Shown here in pieces: positions 12,061 through 24,753 of a DNA stretch of 64,000 nt (positions are counted from its first letter, which is position 1; every line of letters begins with the position of its first letter). Made by a program: the position numbers and the translations under genes. Below the pieces are notes generated by a model. That model was not told the origin of the DNA, ran no database searches, and saw only the letters and a program-made list of their open reading frames with translations. Source of the DNA: Patellaria atrata CBS 101060 (lineage: Eukaryota); the NCBI GenBank assembly GCA_010093705.1, contig MU006097.1, forward strand, positions 796,298 through 860,297, given 5' to 3'.

Positions 12061-15000
12061 AGGATTCTGAGGGATTAGGACCTGTTCTGCGATTCTTCTA
12101 CAATCCAAGTTGTCAGCGATAGGTCAAATCAAATGGTCAAGGTTGCGCTTTGCTCACAATGTTCTGGTTACACACTCCAACGGCGGGGATGCGGAGGTGC
12201 AAGTTTGGACCCAACGTGGTCTTTTTTCGTCTCGCAACTGCCTGAGATGTTTGAGAGGAAGTTTGAAATAAGCAACAAGCAGGAAACGAGCAGGAAGTAG
12301 TTTCCTAGACCGGCTGAGACAAGCGCAAGCAGGTAAGGTAGAGATTTTATTAGTCTTGTTGGAGAAATGAAACGGATGCCGCTCTGCTTTCGTAAATGTA
12401 CTATGTAGCTATTTGCACCCTGACAGACTTCCTTGGCGCGTAGGGGTAGGACCTTTTACGGCGAAATGGTTATTGTCAGAGGGATAATAATGTGCGATTG
12501 TTTGAAGTTTATTGATGCTATTGTTGCTTATTGTGTCCAGGTGATGAATGGTTGGACAATGGTCTCTCGGGTTATCGCGCGGGGTGTATATAGAATGCGA
12601 AAAGTCACAATCAACAAATATAATAGGGGAAACGTAGGAATAAAAAAAGATGAAAGGTAGAAATGCGATTGTGGGGTTTTAGATGAAAAAGTCACGTTTG
12701 TAGATATCATGAGAAATTTGAATTATGTACAGGATGGATGATGGATTACAAGTATTCTATCGTCGTGACTCGTGAGAGCTTCTCTGCTTCTCTGCTTCTC
12801 TTCCCCCCGATATCACCCCAATTCCTACAAAGAACCCGTACCCGCAAACGATGAGCCGTAAAGAGATAATTGGGCAGATGGCTCCTTACATTCTCCATTA
12901 TTGGTGCTGTCTCTAGAGCAGAGTTACGATCGGCGCAACTGGGTATGGGGGAATGTGGTGTGGCTCTCACTTCGCACGGCCTTCCGTCCTTGATAGGGCT
13001 TTAGGGGGTACCAGCCAAAAGGTTCGAGGAGCTCTTAGCACTCTTAGTAGGTTTCAAAGCGGCCTACGAGGGCAAATTGAACGTGTAGGATTCTCTGGAA
13101 GCTGTGCCGAATTTCTGAAGTGGACCCGGCTCTGAGGGCGGTGGCGTTCCTTCAAGAACGAGCAAAGGAGGTTAGGGGGATCATTCGTTGAGATTTCATA
13201 CCCCCATGTGCTTCCGTGATCCAAAGTTCCAAACCTTTTCTTTCTTTTCCACCAGACCAGACGAACACTCCCGGACTCCCGTTCAACCCACTTGGGTTTG
13301 CACTCAAAATCCTCATCGTCCCGTTCCTTCTCGGCCCATACCGTTACCGCTCAAGCGTTTTCAGTTGTTGTTATATGTATCCGCTTTGCCATCTTTTTGT
13401 TGCTTTGATATCAACAGTAAACGGAGACCGTGTCCCTTACTAAAACTTCTGTTGCGGTCTCGCCGATTTGCCTTTGAAATGATTGCTTCCAATACTTCTC
13501 TCCTAAGACTTGCATGAAGCAGCACGAGCTGTATAGTGCTCTGCATGAAGCCATGCACGCTTGCTGTTAGCCTGCGACCATACTCTGCTGGCATTCGTTT
13601 ACCGTAACCAAAAAGCTGCATAGAAAGCTATGTCTCTCTCTAGTTCCACTCCGCCCACCTCGTCCGTGGGTTGTTGCATTACCCATGGGCCAGTAACACT
13701 CTTATCGTCTGCAACCTTCTGGCTTTGGAGGAATTGCCAGTTAATTAATATCTGGCCACCCCCTCGGTCCCGGGATGAACTCGATCAACGCACGAGACAC
13801 ACCATATATGGAAATATGCTCACCCTCGTAACAATCATATTTCTCATCCCCTAACCCTCATGGGCATCGGATTAGTCCACCAAGCTTTCTTTCTCTTTTG
13901 CCAAAGTTTGAACCAACATTAAAGTCATGGCGTTTCGTCTGACGTCGCATACTTCTGTCATTAGGGTAGCACTCGTGCTTCTAGTTTGATTTTGAGTGAT
14001 TATACTCTTCCAAAAAGAAAAAGTACTTGTGATTTTAGCGTCGACCTACGATCAGGTAGTCCTCTTAGTCTTCCATGGACCAAGCTCTATGGACTCGGAA
14101 CTCCAGGATCGAGAGAAGGGTCATCGATGATTCAATCGTCGATTATTAACTCGATCGTGTTCCCAGCTGGTTGAGATATCGATAGTTTTGCTTCTATAAC
14201 TACACCCTCGAGGTAATGCCTGACTGCCTCGATAATGGGTAGAAAGGCGTGGATGTGTGTAGAGAGTACAGCACTTATATTATATCCGGGGAGTATATGT
14301 ACTGCGCGAATGTCCGTAAATGACCAGGGAATCCATCTGCAAATCTTTCGGGTTCAGAGCTTTGATTTGCAATTACCTTATATACCCAGGGGTATCTACG
14401 TCCCTGGCCGATTGCGAGCACTCTTCATTTAGGTTAACCCTAGAGTTCATATGCATTATCTCTTATGTCAAAAAGACTTTCATGGTGAGTATATCTCTTT
14501 GGCTACACTCTGACCCTGGAATTGACTGCCGACTCAAGCTTCTAGGCAAGATTTGAAATCAAAGAGAACTCACCAAATAGCGTTCAATTATATTTCTTTT
14601 TATCTAGTACATCGTCATATACCTCTCTCAGAAAAGCTGCCTTTGCTCTAAAGCGTGGGTTCGGTCCGCATGTAGCCGCACTTCTACCTACCAAGTGGCT
14701 CTAGGGGAGAAACGACTATTGTATTCCTGAAGAAACAGAAGAAACAGTTCTAGGTGACTATGAATATCATTTTTTCAAGACTTTAAAGACATCAGCATTC
14801 CCAGTCCTGTGACAATTTACCCTCGGATATTCTCCCTGGAACTCAATGATTGCTTTATTATCTTTCTTCTTTCTTTATGTCGAACCTCCTTATACTTTGA
14901 CGCCACGGCCCATGGAATCTCGGTTTCTATCTGTTGGAGCACCCGAGGGAGGGTTAACACTCGAGATCCATACAATTGATAAGGCGTGGAATTGATAGTC

Positions 15001-15960
15001 TACCGGTTTCCGAATGGAGGCCTCCGCTCCAGGAAGGATTTGCGATTAGAAGATTATATATTGCTGTCAGAAAGCACCCTGAGACTATTAGAAGATATTC
15101 TACGCCGACTCGGCCAAAAGTTGCTTTCAAAGTATCTTACAATATGTACTAGGCAATATTGCTCTATCGACATCGTATCTCCTTCTGATGGGCTATACCG
15201 GACCGCAAGTCGAGTGTTGGATGGTTCGCAGAGTCCCTTGCTCCCACTAGTATCCTTCACGACGGGATTCGAGCAACCTATCTTCCAGTTTCCATAGTCG
15301 ATAATAGGCGGTGGAGTAGAAACATTGACGTTCGATTTCAGGATGGCGCTGTATCTTTCTACGATATCTCTATTTTGGGACCTGCTGGCTTCTACTCTGC
15401 TTCTGCTCTTGGATATCCAGATGGAAACCAGTGACGCGATCGCCAGGGAATACACTATGCGAAACTACCTACGTCTTCCAGTATAAAATATAGTAACCTA
15501 GAGAACTGCACTAGAACTGATGCATCTCGAATTTGAAGCAGAAACACAATGTTGTAGGAGTGTGCTTGGCTGTGATAGCCGGCTATAGATAAGGAAAAGA
15601 TGCCTCCAGAGGATATGTCCACTTTCTGAAAAGGATAATACTTTCCCCGAGGCGAAGTAAAAAACGAATGAATCACCCTTAGAAGCTTCTACGGTATCAA
15701 CGATCAGGTATTTTACTTATATAAGCTTCTTGGGCGCAATAGGCATTAGGGGACCCCAATGGATAGCTCTGAATTGATTACGTCCGCCTTACTATTTCCT
15801 TCATAACATCTTCTACTCGCTCCTCGCATCCTTGGCCACACAACTTTATTTCCTCCACTTCTATATAACGTCGCTCTTTCTAACTCTCACACCCAAATCC
15901 GCACACCTGCATCTCACCATCAAGTTATACCCTCTTCCAATAGGAAGTATACTTTATACG

Positions 15961-16686
15961 ATGTCTTCGCAGGCGGAACCAGCTGCAACTACGGATTTGC
16001 ACTATTTAAGAGCCACCGAAGGACAGCACGAGGATACTGAAGCCGGAGCTTCCGAAGTATTGGTACGTATTATTCAAGCACAAGAGCCTAATTAGCCAGC
16101 ATACTCATCATTGTATAGCCGGCCGTTGAACAGACAATCAAGAGCCTCATATTCAACATCAAGTACCTTAAACCCGGGGAGAAGATCTTGGAGAACGAGA
16201 TCCAGCGTTTCGAAACAGAGATAGAGAGGTATGCAAAGGCATTGTCATCTATCTACGATCAGAAAGCTAACGAATTTCTTCTTCAAGCTATGGACCCAAT
16301 GTATCAAGAACGGGGATGAGACCATCACGGAACTCGAGCTGCAGCTCGCAGGGCTCCATCCCGACATGGAGGTTCGTAACCGAGTATTTCCATCCGTACA
16401 GTACATAGCATGGCTCCCGAAACTAACTAACTGGGCTCTCTAGGAAACCATAAAGATGCGCATCGCTACTATGAACGAGAAGGACCAAGAAATCAAGTCG
16501 CTCAAGAATCGTGTTGAGGCACTTACGCAGGTCCTCAAGAGTAGCGGTCGTACCCAGTTGATGCGCGACCTCGGTGCGGCATCCAGGTCAAACATCGAGG
16601 CGGCCTTTGTCGACGAAGCCAATTTCTGGAAACAGAAGTATATACAAGAGAAGGCGAGTAAGAAGGTAGCCGAAAGGTTCATCTGA
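15961..16686 (+). CDS. Orphan coiled-coil protein, 4 exons, with a frame-inconsistent exon 2/3 junction (possibly a pseudogene)
   Basis: Canonical introns 16063-16118 and 16372-16443 (branch ACTAAC). Heptad-like MNEKDQEIKSLKNRVEALTQVL. Intron 2 (donor 16229) has its AG one base out of frame. Confidence 0.55.
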
Positions 16687-19600
16687 ATGGTATACCGAAC
16701 GAATCTATTTCATGTGAGGGGTAGAGTTACTTGTAGGCTATGGTAAGCTTTGAATGTCCCTAGAGACTTCTGGTTAGAATTATATCATCATGGAGCAGTT
16801 ATTCGCTGCGGCAAAGAGGGGTGTGTTTGTTGTATAGGTAATCATAAATGCAACTCATCCGATTCAAATCTTCCGAGTCAAATGTCCCTATAAACTGTAA
16901 ATGGCGTTAGCAATCCCCCAGCACAACTCACACAAGGACGCGGGACGCAAAGAGGCGATGTAAAATATTTCTCAAACCGGGTCACTTTACATGCACAATA
17001 TAAATTATTTTTTTTCTTCTCTTTTCAGAAAATCCTTGGTGGCCCATTAAAGGACACGCACGGTTTGCAGCGAGCGGCGAAGCGATCGATTCCGATCATC
17101 GTTAAGTTCTCTCTCTTTTCCCGCAAATCTCTATTTATCTCTTGATCATAACACTTATCTTCCTTATTTCTCGAAAAGGCCCCTGACTAAGTCAAGCACC
17201 CTTGATATATATCGTCATCGCCAACGCACACCGAACTTGAGGTCGAAACCTTACACCAATTTACCAACCTAAACACTTCTCCCAAACCACCTCCAAATTT
17301 TAAACCCGTAAATCACAACACCCTCGAACCCCGTCCCAAACTCTAACCCAACTAACCAGACACTCATACACGCTACCACTTAGCATTCCATAGATCATTA
17401 CCTCCAAATCCACATATGCAGTTCTAAGGCTCTCTATTCGCGGCGTCACACATACCGGGGCAAACCCACCTCAATAAACTCCTATGCCCTTTCATGAGTT
17501 TCGTTATAAGAAAGGCGTAAGCGTTCAATGTAAACTGTGCTATATTTCAACGACGTTGAACTAATTAGCGGCTTGTGTATCAAGAGGTACAAACCACTCT
17601 ATCCCGCCTAAGATTTATCGGCATGTCGGATGCGGGATATAGTCATGTAAAATATTGCAGGATCGTGGCATTGCCCTGTCAGAGGAAATGGAGTATGGAG
17701 GAGGTGGCATTTCACTGTACTGCTGAAGATACCGATTGCTGTTCTGGGTTTGAGGTGTGCGGGGATATCTTAAAGGCATACAGCGTTGGAAGTGGATATG
17801 CCGTTTAGGTTACATAGGTACAGTAAGGGTAGACCTCATTTTCAACATCCCCATTCATCAAACCACACAGCTTGAGGTGGTAAGAGGTTCAGCCAGGCGG
17901 GTATATCTTAAAGCAACTCAAACCTGAGTATAGACTAACATGAGCTCAAGATATCTAGCTTAACAACACACCTTGGCCTGTTTTGGCTTCCTGTCCCAGT
18001 GAATATCAGGTGAGTATGACTATAGGCAGTGTTTTCTCCTGGAAGGAGTGTGTCCCTCCTAAAGAGACGAAGTAGAAAAGTAACACAGCTGCTCGGTAAG
18101 CAAGTTGCATTTCTACTCGGTGAACAACTTTCAATTTACGAAGAAGTCAGTTATTCTACAGTTAGCCCGAGTACCTCTCTAACGAGCACCCTTTCTGCAC
18201 ACTCCAACAGCGAAAACGACCATGCGCGAAAGCCGCACTGAGCACATATGACGTGATGCGGAAGTCCCTTAGTATGCTGTGGGAGTCAAGTTTAACATCG
18301 GAGCTACCGTACGCTCGCTTAGAATTCATCCCGCACTTCCTGAATCTCAGGGTTACTTGCCTATGGCGTATCAGCGCTTTGGAAGTCGCTGGACGCCAGT
18401 GACGTTTAGAGCCGAATTGAGGTAGTACCCGCTCGTTGGCGTACTACAGCTAGGTAGCTGTAAGGTATGTACGACTTGGATAGCGTGGACTCCATGTGCT
18501 TGCTGGAAGGGGACGATAATGGTGAGCAACGATGGGATGAGGTCGCACATGGGAAACTAAGTCTTGCAGATTGGTTGTCCACTCATAGGTATCCTGCATT
18601 CGTACGTCTCAGCCACTTGTCATTGTGATTCTTAGAAAGAGAAAAAGCTCTCTGAGCCACCCTGCATCTTCGCCGACCGCGAGCTCAAATTTTGCAAAAG
18701 AAATCAGCCCGGACACACCTCTTTGAGTCGTAGGCAAAGGCTGAAAAAGCGCTCATTTACGCCACAATTGCCTGAAAAGGGAAAAGAACATGCCAAGCTT
18801 CGGGCTGAGAGGGGAGATCTTCGTGCTTAATGGTCTTAGCTTCGACTTAGCCAGATCCTTTGATGATCATGGAAGCTTAGACTTAAGGATCGAGGGAGCA
18901 TCCCGTCAGGCTGTCAGCATCGAAATACTCGATCTGAGTTGATATCTTCTGTACGACGTCAAGGATTGGGATTTAGATTTACTAACGGATTTTTTTTTAA
19001 GCTGTTTAATGGATTCCTCTATATGGATGACACTCCGTTAAATCCGAGACTCATCTGACACACTTCTCGATATGATGGGGACCACCGCTCGTCGTGCCGC
19101 CCAGAGGCCGTTACAGCGTAAGATCGCTGGTCCGTGGCGTTCGGATGTCAGACAATCCGTGCTGCACCTCTGTCTTAGCCGTTACAACAGCTTGTCGACC
19201 GTGAGCCGGGTCCAGAGAATCGAAGGATCCAAACCAATCAAATTAAATTACATCGCTTAGCATACTATGAAACAGTGAGTTTTGATGATCGATATGGTGT
19301 GTGGTCCGGCTTCATCGCAAACCTCTCTAATCTGCAATAACCTTAACAATAACCATCGAACTAGCGGCACGCCACCAAAGCCTAATCGGGGCTTTCGCAA
19401 CATTTTGCACGTTCTGGTGACTTCGAAGGGACAGGCGGTGGCTGTTGCCTTGAAATAACTACCAGATTCCCGTCTGTTGGGAGCCCTTTTCTGCCTTCTT
19501 CAGGCTTTCTTGAGAATGCTTGTCGTAGCCCCGAACCGCTGTTACCGCTCCTTTGATACGTGTCATCAGCCCACTTTATGAGTACAAATCTGTGTGGCTT

Positions 19601-19748
19601 GTGCTTCTTTCAGTTTGATCTATAATTATCTTGAATATAACCTTGGGGGCCTGTCCTACACGAGTTGCTTTGAACCTGGAGGGTTTTGTCAATTCATAGA
19701 AGATTTCGCAAGGAAACACATTCTGCTGATTTTGAATACTCCGCCTCA

Positions 19749-20955
19749 ATGAATCCGACTATGCGTTCAACGTCGTATCGCGACATGGACATCACTGCGG
19801 AGACCCCACTCCTGGAACGCATGCATACACCATTTGGAAGGAGAACAAACTCAGATATCCTAGGGGAAAAGGCACTTAGCGAGTCTACTACAACCTTTCT
19901 AATCCGTAAGTTTTATAGAGTCATGCTGACTTTCGCTCTGACTATGTCAGTCTGACAATCGAGATAGCATCTGTCGCATTCGCTCGTAGAGACAAGTATG
20001 GCAGAGTATTGCCTCAGGCAATCGCGCATCGCGGTTATAAGGCCAAGCACCCCGAGAATACCATGGGAGCGTTTAAAGGTGCTGTAGGGGTCGGAGCTCA
20101 AGCTATCGAGACCGATATCCACTTATCAAAAGATGGAGTAGTCGTTCTATCACATGTGAGCTCAGAGGTTTATGATAGTTGGATTCAAAAGCTGATTTCA
20201 GGTAGGACGCAAATCTAAAGAGATGTTTCGGAGTAGATGAAAAGATCATTGATCATAACTGGGACTACTTAAGCACCTTAAGAACACTGAAAGAACCACA
20301 TGAGCCCATGCCTAGACTCCAGGACCTCCTTGAGTACTTAGCGAGCCCGGGATTAGAAGATATCTGGTTACTCCTCGATATCAAATTGGACAATAATGCC
20401 AACGATGTCATCAAGTTGATCGCAGATACCATAAGAAACGTTTCGTCACCTAGACCTTGGGAGTACCGCATCCTTCTAGGTTGTTGGACGGCAAAGTATC
20501 TGCCACTATGCGAAGAATACCTTCCGGGCTTTCCCATAACACATATCGGGTTCAGTACACTTTACGCTCGCCAGTTCTTTTGCGTTCCGAACATCTCTTT
20601 CAACATGCTCCAGTTCGTCCTCATGGGTCCACTAGGCTGGTCATTTCGGCGTAAAGCCAAGGAGCTCGGACGTCCAGTGCTTGTCTGGACGGTAAACGAG
20701 GAGAGCAAAATGAAATGGTGCATCAAAAAGAATCTTGACGGAGTGATCACAGATGATCCGAAAAAGTTCATCGACGTTAGAGATGACTGGGAAGAGAGGG
20801 AACCCGGATGTTGTGGTCAGAGAGACTTCGGCTTCTTCGAATACCTCTATATCCTTTGGGTTAATCTAGTAGTAGTTGTATTTGCTACGTTGTTTATGAT
20901 AAAGGTCGGCTTCCGCGGTGTGGATCTGAGGTTCAAGAGGAAGTTGATACAATGA
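19749..20955 (+). CDS. Glycerophosphodiester phosphodiesterase, Pgc1-like (phosphatidylglycerol phospholipase C), with C-terminal TM anchor
   Basis: [44 protein letters not shown]; introns 19906-19967 and 20156-20206; hydrophobic tail. Start could be a downstream ATG. Confidence 0.88.
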
Positions 20956-21266
20956 TAAAAGTCCGAATTTTGAAGACATTAGCGATGGCGTCCGGAAAGA
21001 TTGCATAGCGGGTTAAGTGGTTATAGATTGGAGTTTAGTCATGCGTGACTACGTTATACGAGTTGTAGATAGTCCAAAGAGTAAATGTTTAACGTTAATG
21101 TTATCCAATACTCAAGATATGGAGTTTTTATACAATTGCCCGCATGCGTCTTCAACCAAAATAATAAATCTCCAAAGACGGTGCCAAGAAACCGTGTCCC
21201 GCGCAACAACGCGTCTACTACTGGAAGAGGGCTCTTATAGTTGCAAATAATACAAAGGTCCTCAAA

Positions 21267-23065
21267 ATGCCTAGGTATGAGTTTTCCAGATATTCCGATA
21301 GTATCATACGTGCTAATTATCTCAAGAGAAATAATAACAATACAAGCAGGCCAATGCGGCAATAGTGGTGCGTTCCCATAGATTACCCCTCTACACGACC
21401 TCTCCATGATTCCGATATTCCTACTGCCATTGTTCGAAATATATTTCTAAGGAACAGGACTGGGGTTCATTAGCTGATTGCGTTCTTTTCTCTAGTCGGT
21501 AGTCAGTTTTGGCAACAATTATGTCAAGAACATGGTATCAGTCAGGACGGGAACCTAGAAGACTTCGCGACAGAAGGTGGTGATAGAAAAGATGTCTTCT
21601 TCTACCAGGTATGATTCACCGTCACGCTGTTATCAATAAGGTTAGTCTATCTATGCATGTATACTAACATACGTCGTAGTCTGATGACACCCGGTACATT
21701 CCCCGCGCCATTCTCCTCGATTTAGAGCCACGGGTATGTCCTGTAAAGATTAGAATAGGGAGACTATGCGTGATGAGTCGCTTTTGCTGACCTTTTAATC
21801 AGGTCATAAATGGGATTCAGTCAGGACCGTACAAGAATATATATAATCCCGAGAACTTTTACATCCACAAAGATGGTACAGGTGCGGGCAATAATTGGGC
21901 TGCTGGATACTCCATGGGCGACCAAGTACACGAAGAAGTCATGGATATGATTGATAGAGAAGCTGATGGAAGCGACTCTCTGGAAGTAAGTAGTACCAAT
22001 GTCGATATTGGGGTTACTCCTCTAACGGGCCATAGGGCTTTATGCTACTACATTCCATCGCCGGAGGAACTGGTTCAGGTCTTGGAAGCTTTCTGTTGGA
22101 AAGACTGAATGATAGATTCCCGAAAAAGCTGATCCAGACATACTCTGTGTTTCCAGATACACAAAATGCTGGTGATGTTGTAGTGCAACCTTATAACAGT
22201 CTTCTATCCATGAGAAGGTTAACGCAAAATGCAGACTCTGTTGTAAGTCTGACACTATTCAGATAACGTCTTTAACTGACCAACTTGCAAGGTGGTGCTA
22301 GATAACGGTGCATTGTCGAGAATAGCAGCAGACAGGTTACACGTACAGGAGCCATCTTTCCAGCAAACAAACCAACTAGTCTCCACAGTCATGTCCGCCA
22401 GCACGACCACCCTACGATATCCCGGCTACATGCACAACGACCTCGTCGGAATTGTCGCCTCCCTAATCCCCACCCCCCGCTGCCACTTCCTCATGACATC
22501 CTACACCCCCTTCACCAGCGACATCGTCGAACAAGCCAAAACCGTCCGCAAAACCACAGTCCTCGACGTAATGCGACGACTCCTCCAGCCCAAGAACAGA
22601 ATGGTATCCACGAACCCCAGCAAGAAGAGCTGCTACATCTCGATCCTGAACATCATCCAAGGCGAAGCCGACCCAACCGACGTCCACAAATCCCTTCTCC
22701 GCATCCGCGAGCGCAGACTCGCCACTTTCATCCCCTGGGGCCCGGCCTCGATCCAAGTCGCGCTCACGCGCAAGTCGCCGTATATACAGTCCTCGCACCG
22801 TGTTTCGGGGCTCATGCTCGCGAACCATACCGGCATCGCGACGTTGTTCAAGCGCATCGTGTTTCAGTATGATAGGCTGAGGAAGCGGAATGCGTTCCTC
22901 GAGCAGTATAAACGGGAGGCGCCGTTTGCGGAGGGATTGGGCGAGTTCGATGAGGCGAGGTCCGTCGTTCAGGAGTTGATTGCTGAGTATGAGGCTGCGG
23001 AGGACGCGGATTATTTGACGGAGAAGGATGGGGAGGGGGAGAAGGCTGGTGGGGCGGGAACTTGA
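21267..23065 (+). CDS. mipA: Gamma-tubulin
   Basis: [63 protein letters not shown]; several short 5' introns (first 21275-21326). Confidence 0.97.
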
Positions 23066-23719
23066 TGGGAGGGTTTGCGTGGATGGATACACTTTGTTCA
23101 CCTTGTGGAACGGCTGGTAGATGGATATTCATGCTCTGTATGCCGATGTTTAAGAGTTTAGCGGTTCACGGACGTTTATGATACCTTGCGCGGAGATTGG
23201 GGATGAGCAGTCTGGACTGGAACTCGTCACGCTTGCAACGCTGTCTGTGAGTTTATGTAGAGGTCTAGTTGCCTGTGTCCCTGTTCAGGGAAGAATCTAA
23301 GCTTAACTACTGTATTCGATGTTCCTAGAGGGAAAGGCAACGACACTGACAGTTATATCGGCCTGGGAATGTCATTTCGTTGGTGGTAGATCTATCTTTA
23401 GTTGAGACTTCTTATTCATAAGGACGATATGAAACGTGTCTGTCGACCCCTTCGCCCCTTCGGAGAATGAGCCTTAAATACCACCTCTCGTTAAAGCCAT
23501 CATCCCGTGCTACCAGCGGAACAATACCCCCTTTAGCGTACTCCTCTTTCGGACCGCATGTGGATACCAATCGTGATCGCATCTCTGATGCAGTAGACGA
23601 GTGTTTCCAGTCTGTCGTCTACTAGGGTACTATACACCGCAGCCTTAGATCCGGCAGGCTCTCATTCGAGCTTGAAACCCGTACCGCCAATCAATTGCTC
23701 GAGTCAAGTGCGAACAAAA

Positions 23720-24753
23720 TTACTTGATACTCCGAACCAACTCCCTCAATTCGCCACCCTCAACCCACTCTCCAGCAACAGTAGCACCGCGTCCGCCCTC
23801 ACCAGGGGCGCCAGGCGTGCAACCCCAGCCCTCGCCGACCTCGCCGATGACGCGCGCCGGCCTCCCCGCGACGAGGGAATTGGACGGAATGACCATGTTG
23901 GCCGGGACGACGGTGTGCGAGAGGATCTTGACGTTCTCTTTGACGATGCAGAAGGGTTGCAGCACACAGTGCTCCGCAATATACACATGGGAGGATATAC
24001 TCGCCGCCTGGACGATAGAGTGATGACCTGTACGCGTCAACATCCTCTACCCATCATATAGCGCTCTTGGAGTCAGTGGGGATGCGTACCGATAAACACA
24101 TTGTCCCCGATTTTCATGGGGTAGAAGCTGTACGTGCCTCTGCTGAGGCGGGAGGGCGGGCGGAGCACGCACCCGCTGGAGATGACGGTGCACCTGCCGA
24201 TGCTGATGGCGGTCGGGGCGTGCGGGATGCCGGTGCCGTCGGGTTTGGTGGAGGGGAGGCGGTGCAGGTCCCCGCGCAGGATGACGTCGGATTGGATCAC
24301 GGTTTTGCCGCCGAGGGTTATGTTAGCTGTGCCGGCTATGCTGGCTTTGCGGGAGACTTTGTTGCCGCTGTCCTATGGTTGGGGTTAGATGTGGGACGGG
24401 ATTCTGAGTTTGGTGCAGAGAGGGGTGGAACTCGTGGGTGATATCCATGATGGAGGGTAAGAGAGGATTGGAGCTTGGAATTGGATCATTGGTCTATTTT
24501 TGTTCTATGGAGCTTGACTGCTACTATGGTGGCCAGAGGACAGCGGGAGAAAAGGGGTGAGAGAAGGATTGAGTAGATGCCAAGTAGAGAAATGTATTCG
24601 GATTTATCGCTTCGAGACTTGCTTGATGATAGACTGAGGGAGATATGGAGTGCGTGCTGTCTTTTCAGGAGTGCATGCATATCCCCGACTTACCGTTTCG
24701 ATGTACTCCCCTTTAACCTGCCTGCGGCTTGTAGCGCTTGGACGGGAAGCCAT
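23720..24753 (-). CDS. DCTN5: Dynactin subunit p25 (left-handed beta-helix, DCTN5)
   Basis: KGEYIET|DSGNKVSRKA...NITLGGKTVIQSDVILRGDL...GCVLRPP...YPMKIGDNVFIG; introns 24693-24373 and 24089-24028. Confidence 0.9.

Noticed and set aside
13849..13858. CCCTAACCCT as a possible telomerase RNA template
   Set aside because: Only a 10-nt match. I could not find a pseudoknot, P6.1 element or terminal splice-site signal; a covariance-model search would be needed.
17394..17403. GATCATTACC resembling the 18S/ITS1 boundary
   Set aside because: No flanking rRNA similarity.
19819..19863. Possible 45-nt GC-AG intron in the GDPD 5' region
   Set aside because: In frame and stop-free with a poor branch site; cannot be distinguished from coding sequence without transcripts.
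21414..21423. ATATTCCTA (snR30/U17 m1-like) in gamma-tubulin intron 2, also at about 32522 in the SNU13 intron
   Set aside because: The partner m2 motif AAACCAT and the H/ACA architecture are missing; likely chance.
22463..23101. 212-aa antisense ORF over gamma-tubulin (similar shadows over PMI, SGF29 and NUP188)
   Set aside because: Shadow frames of GC-rich conserved coding sequence.
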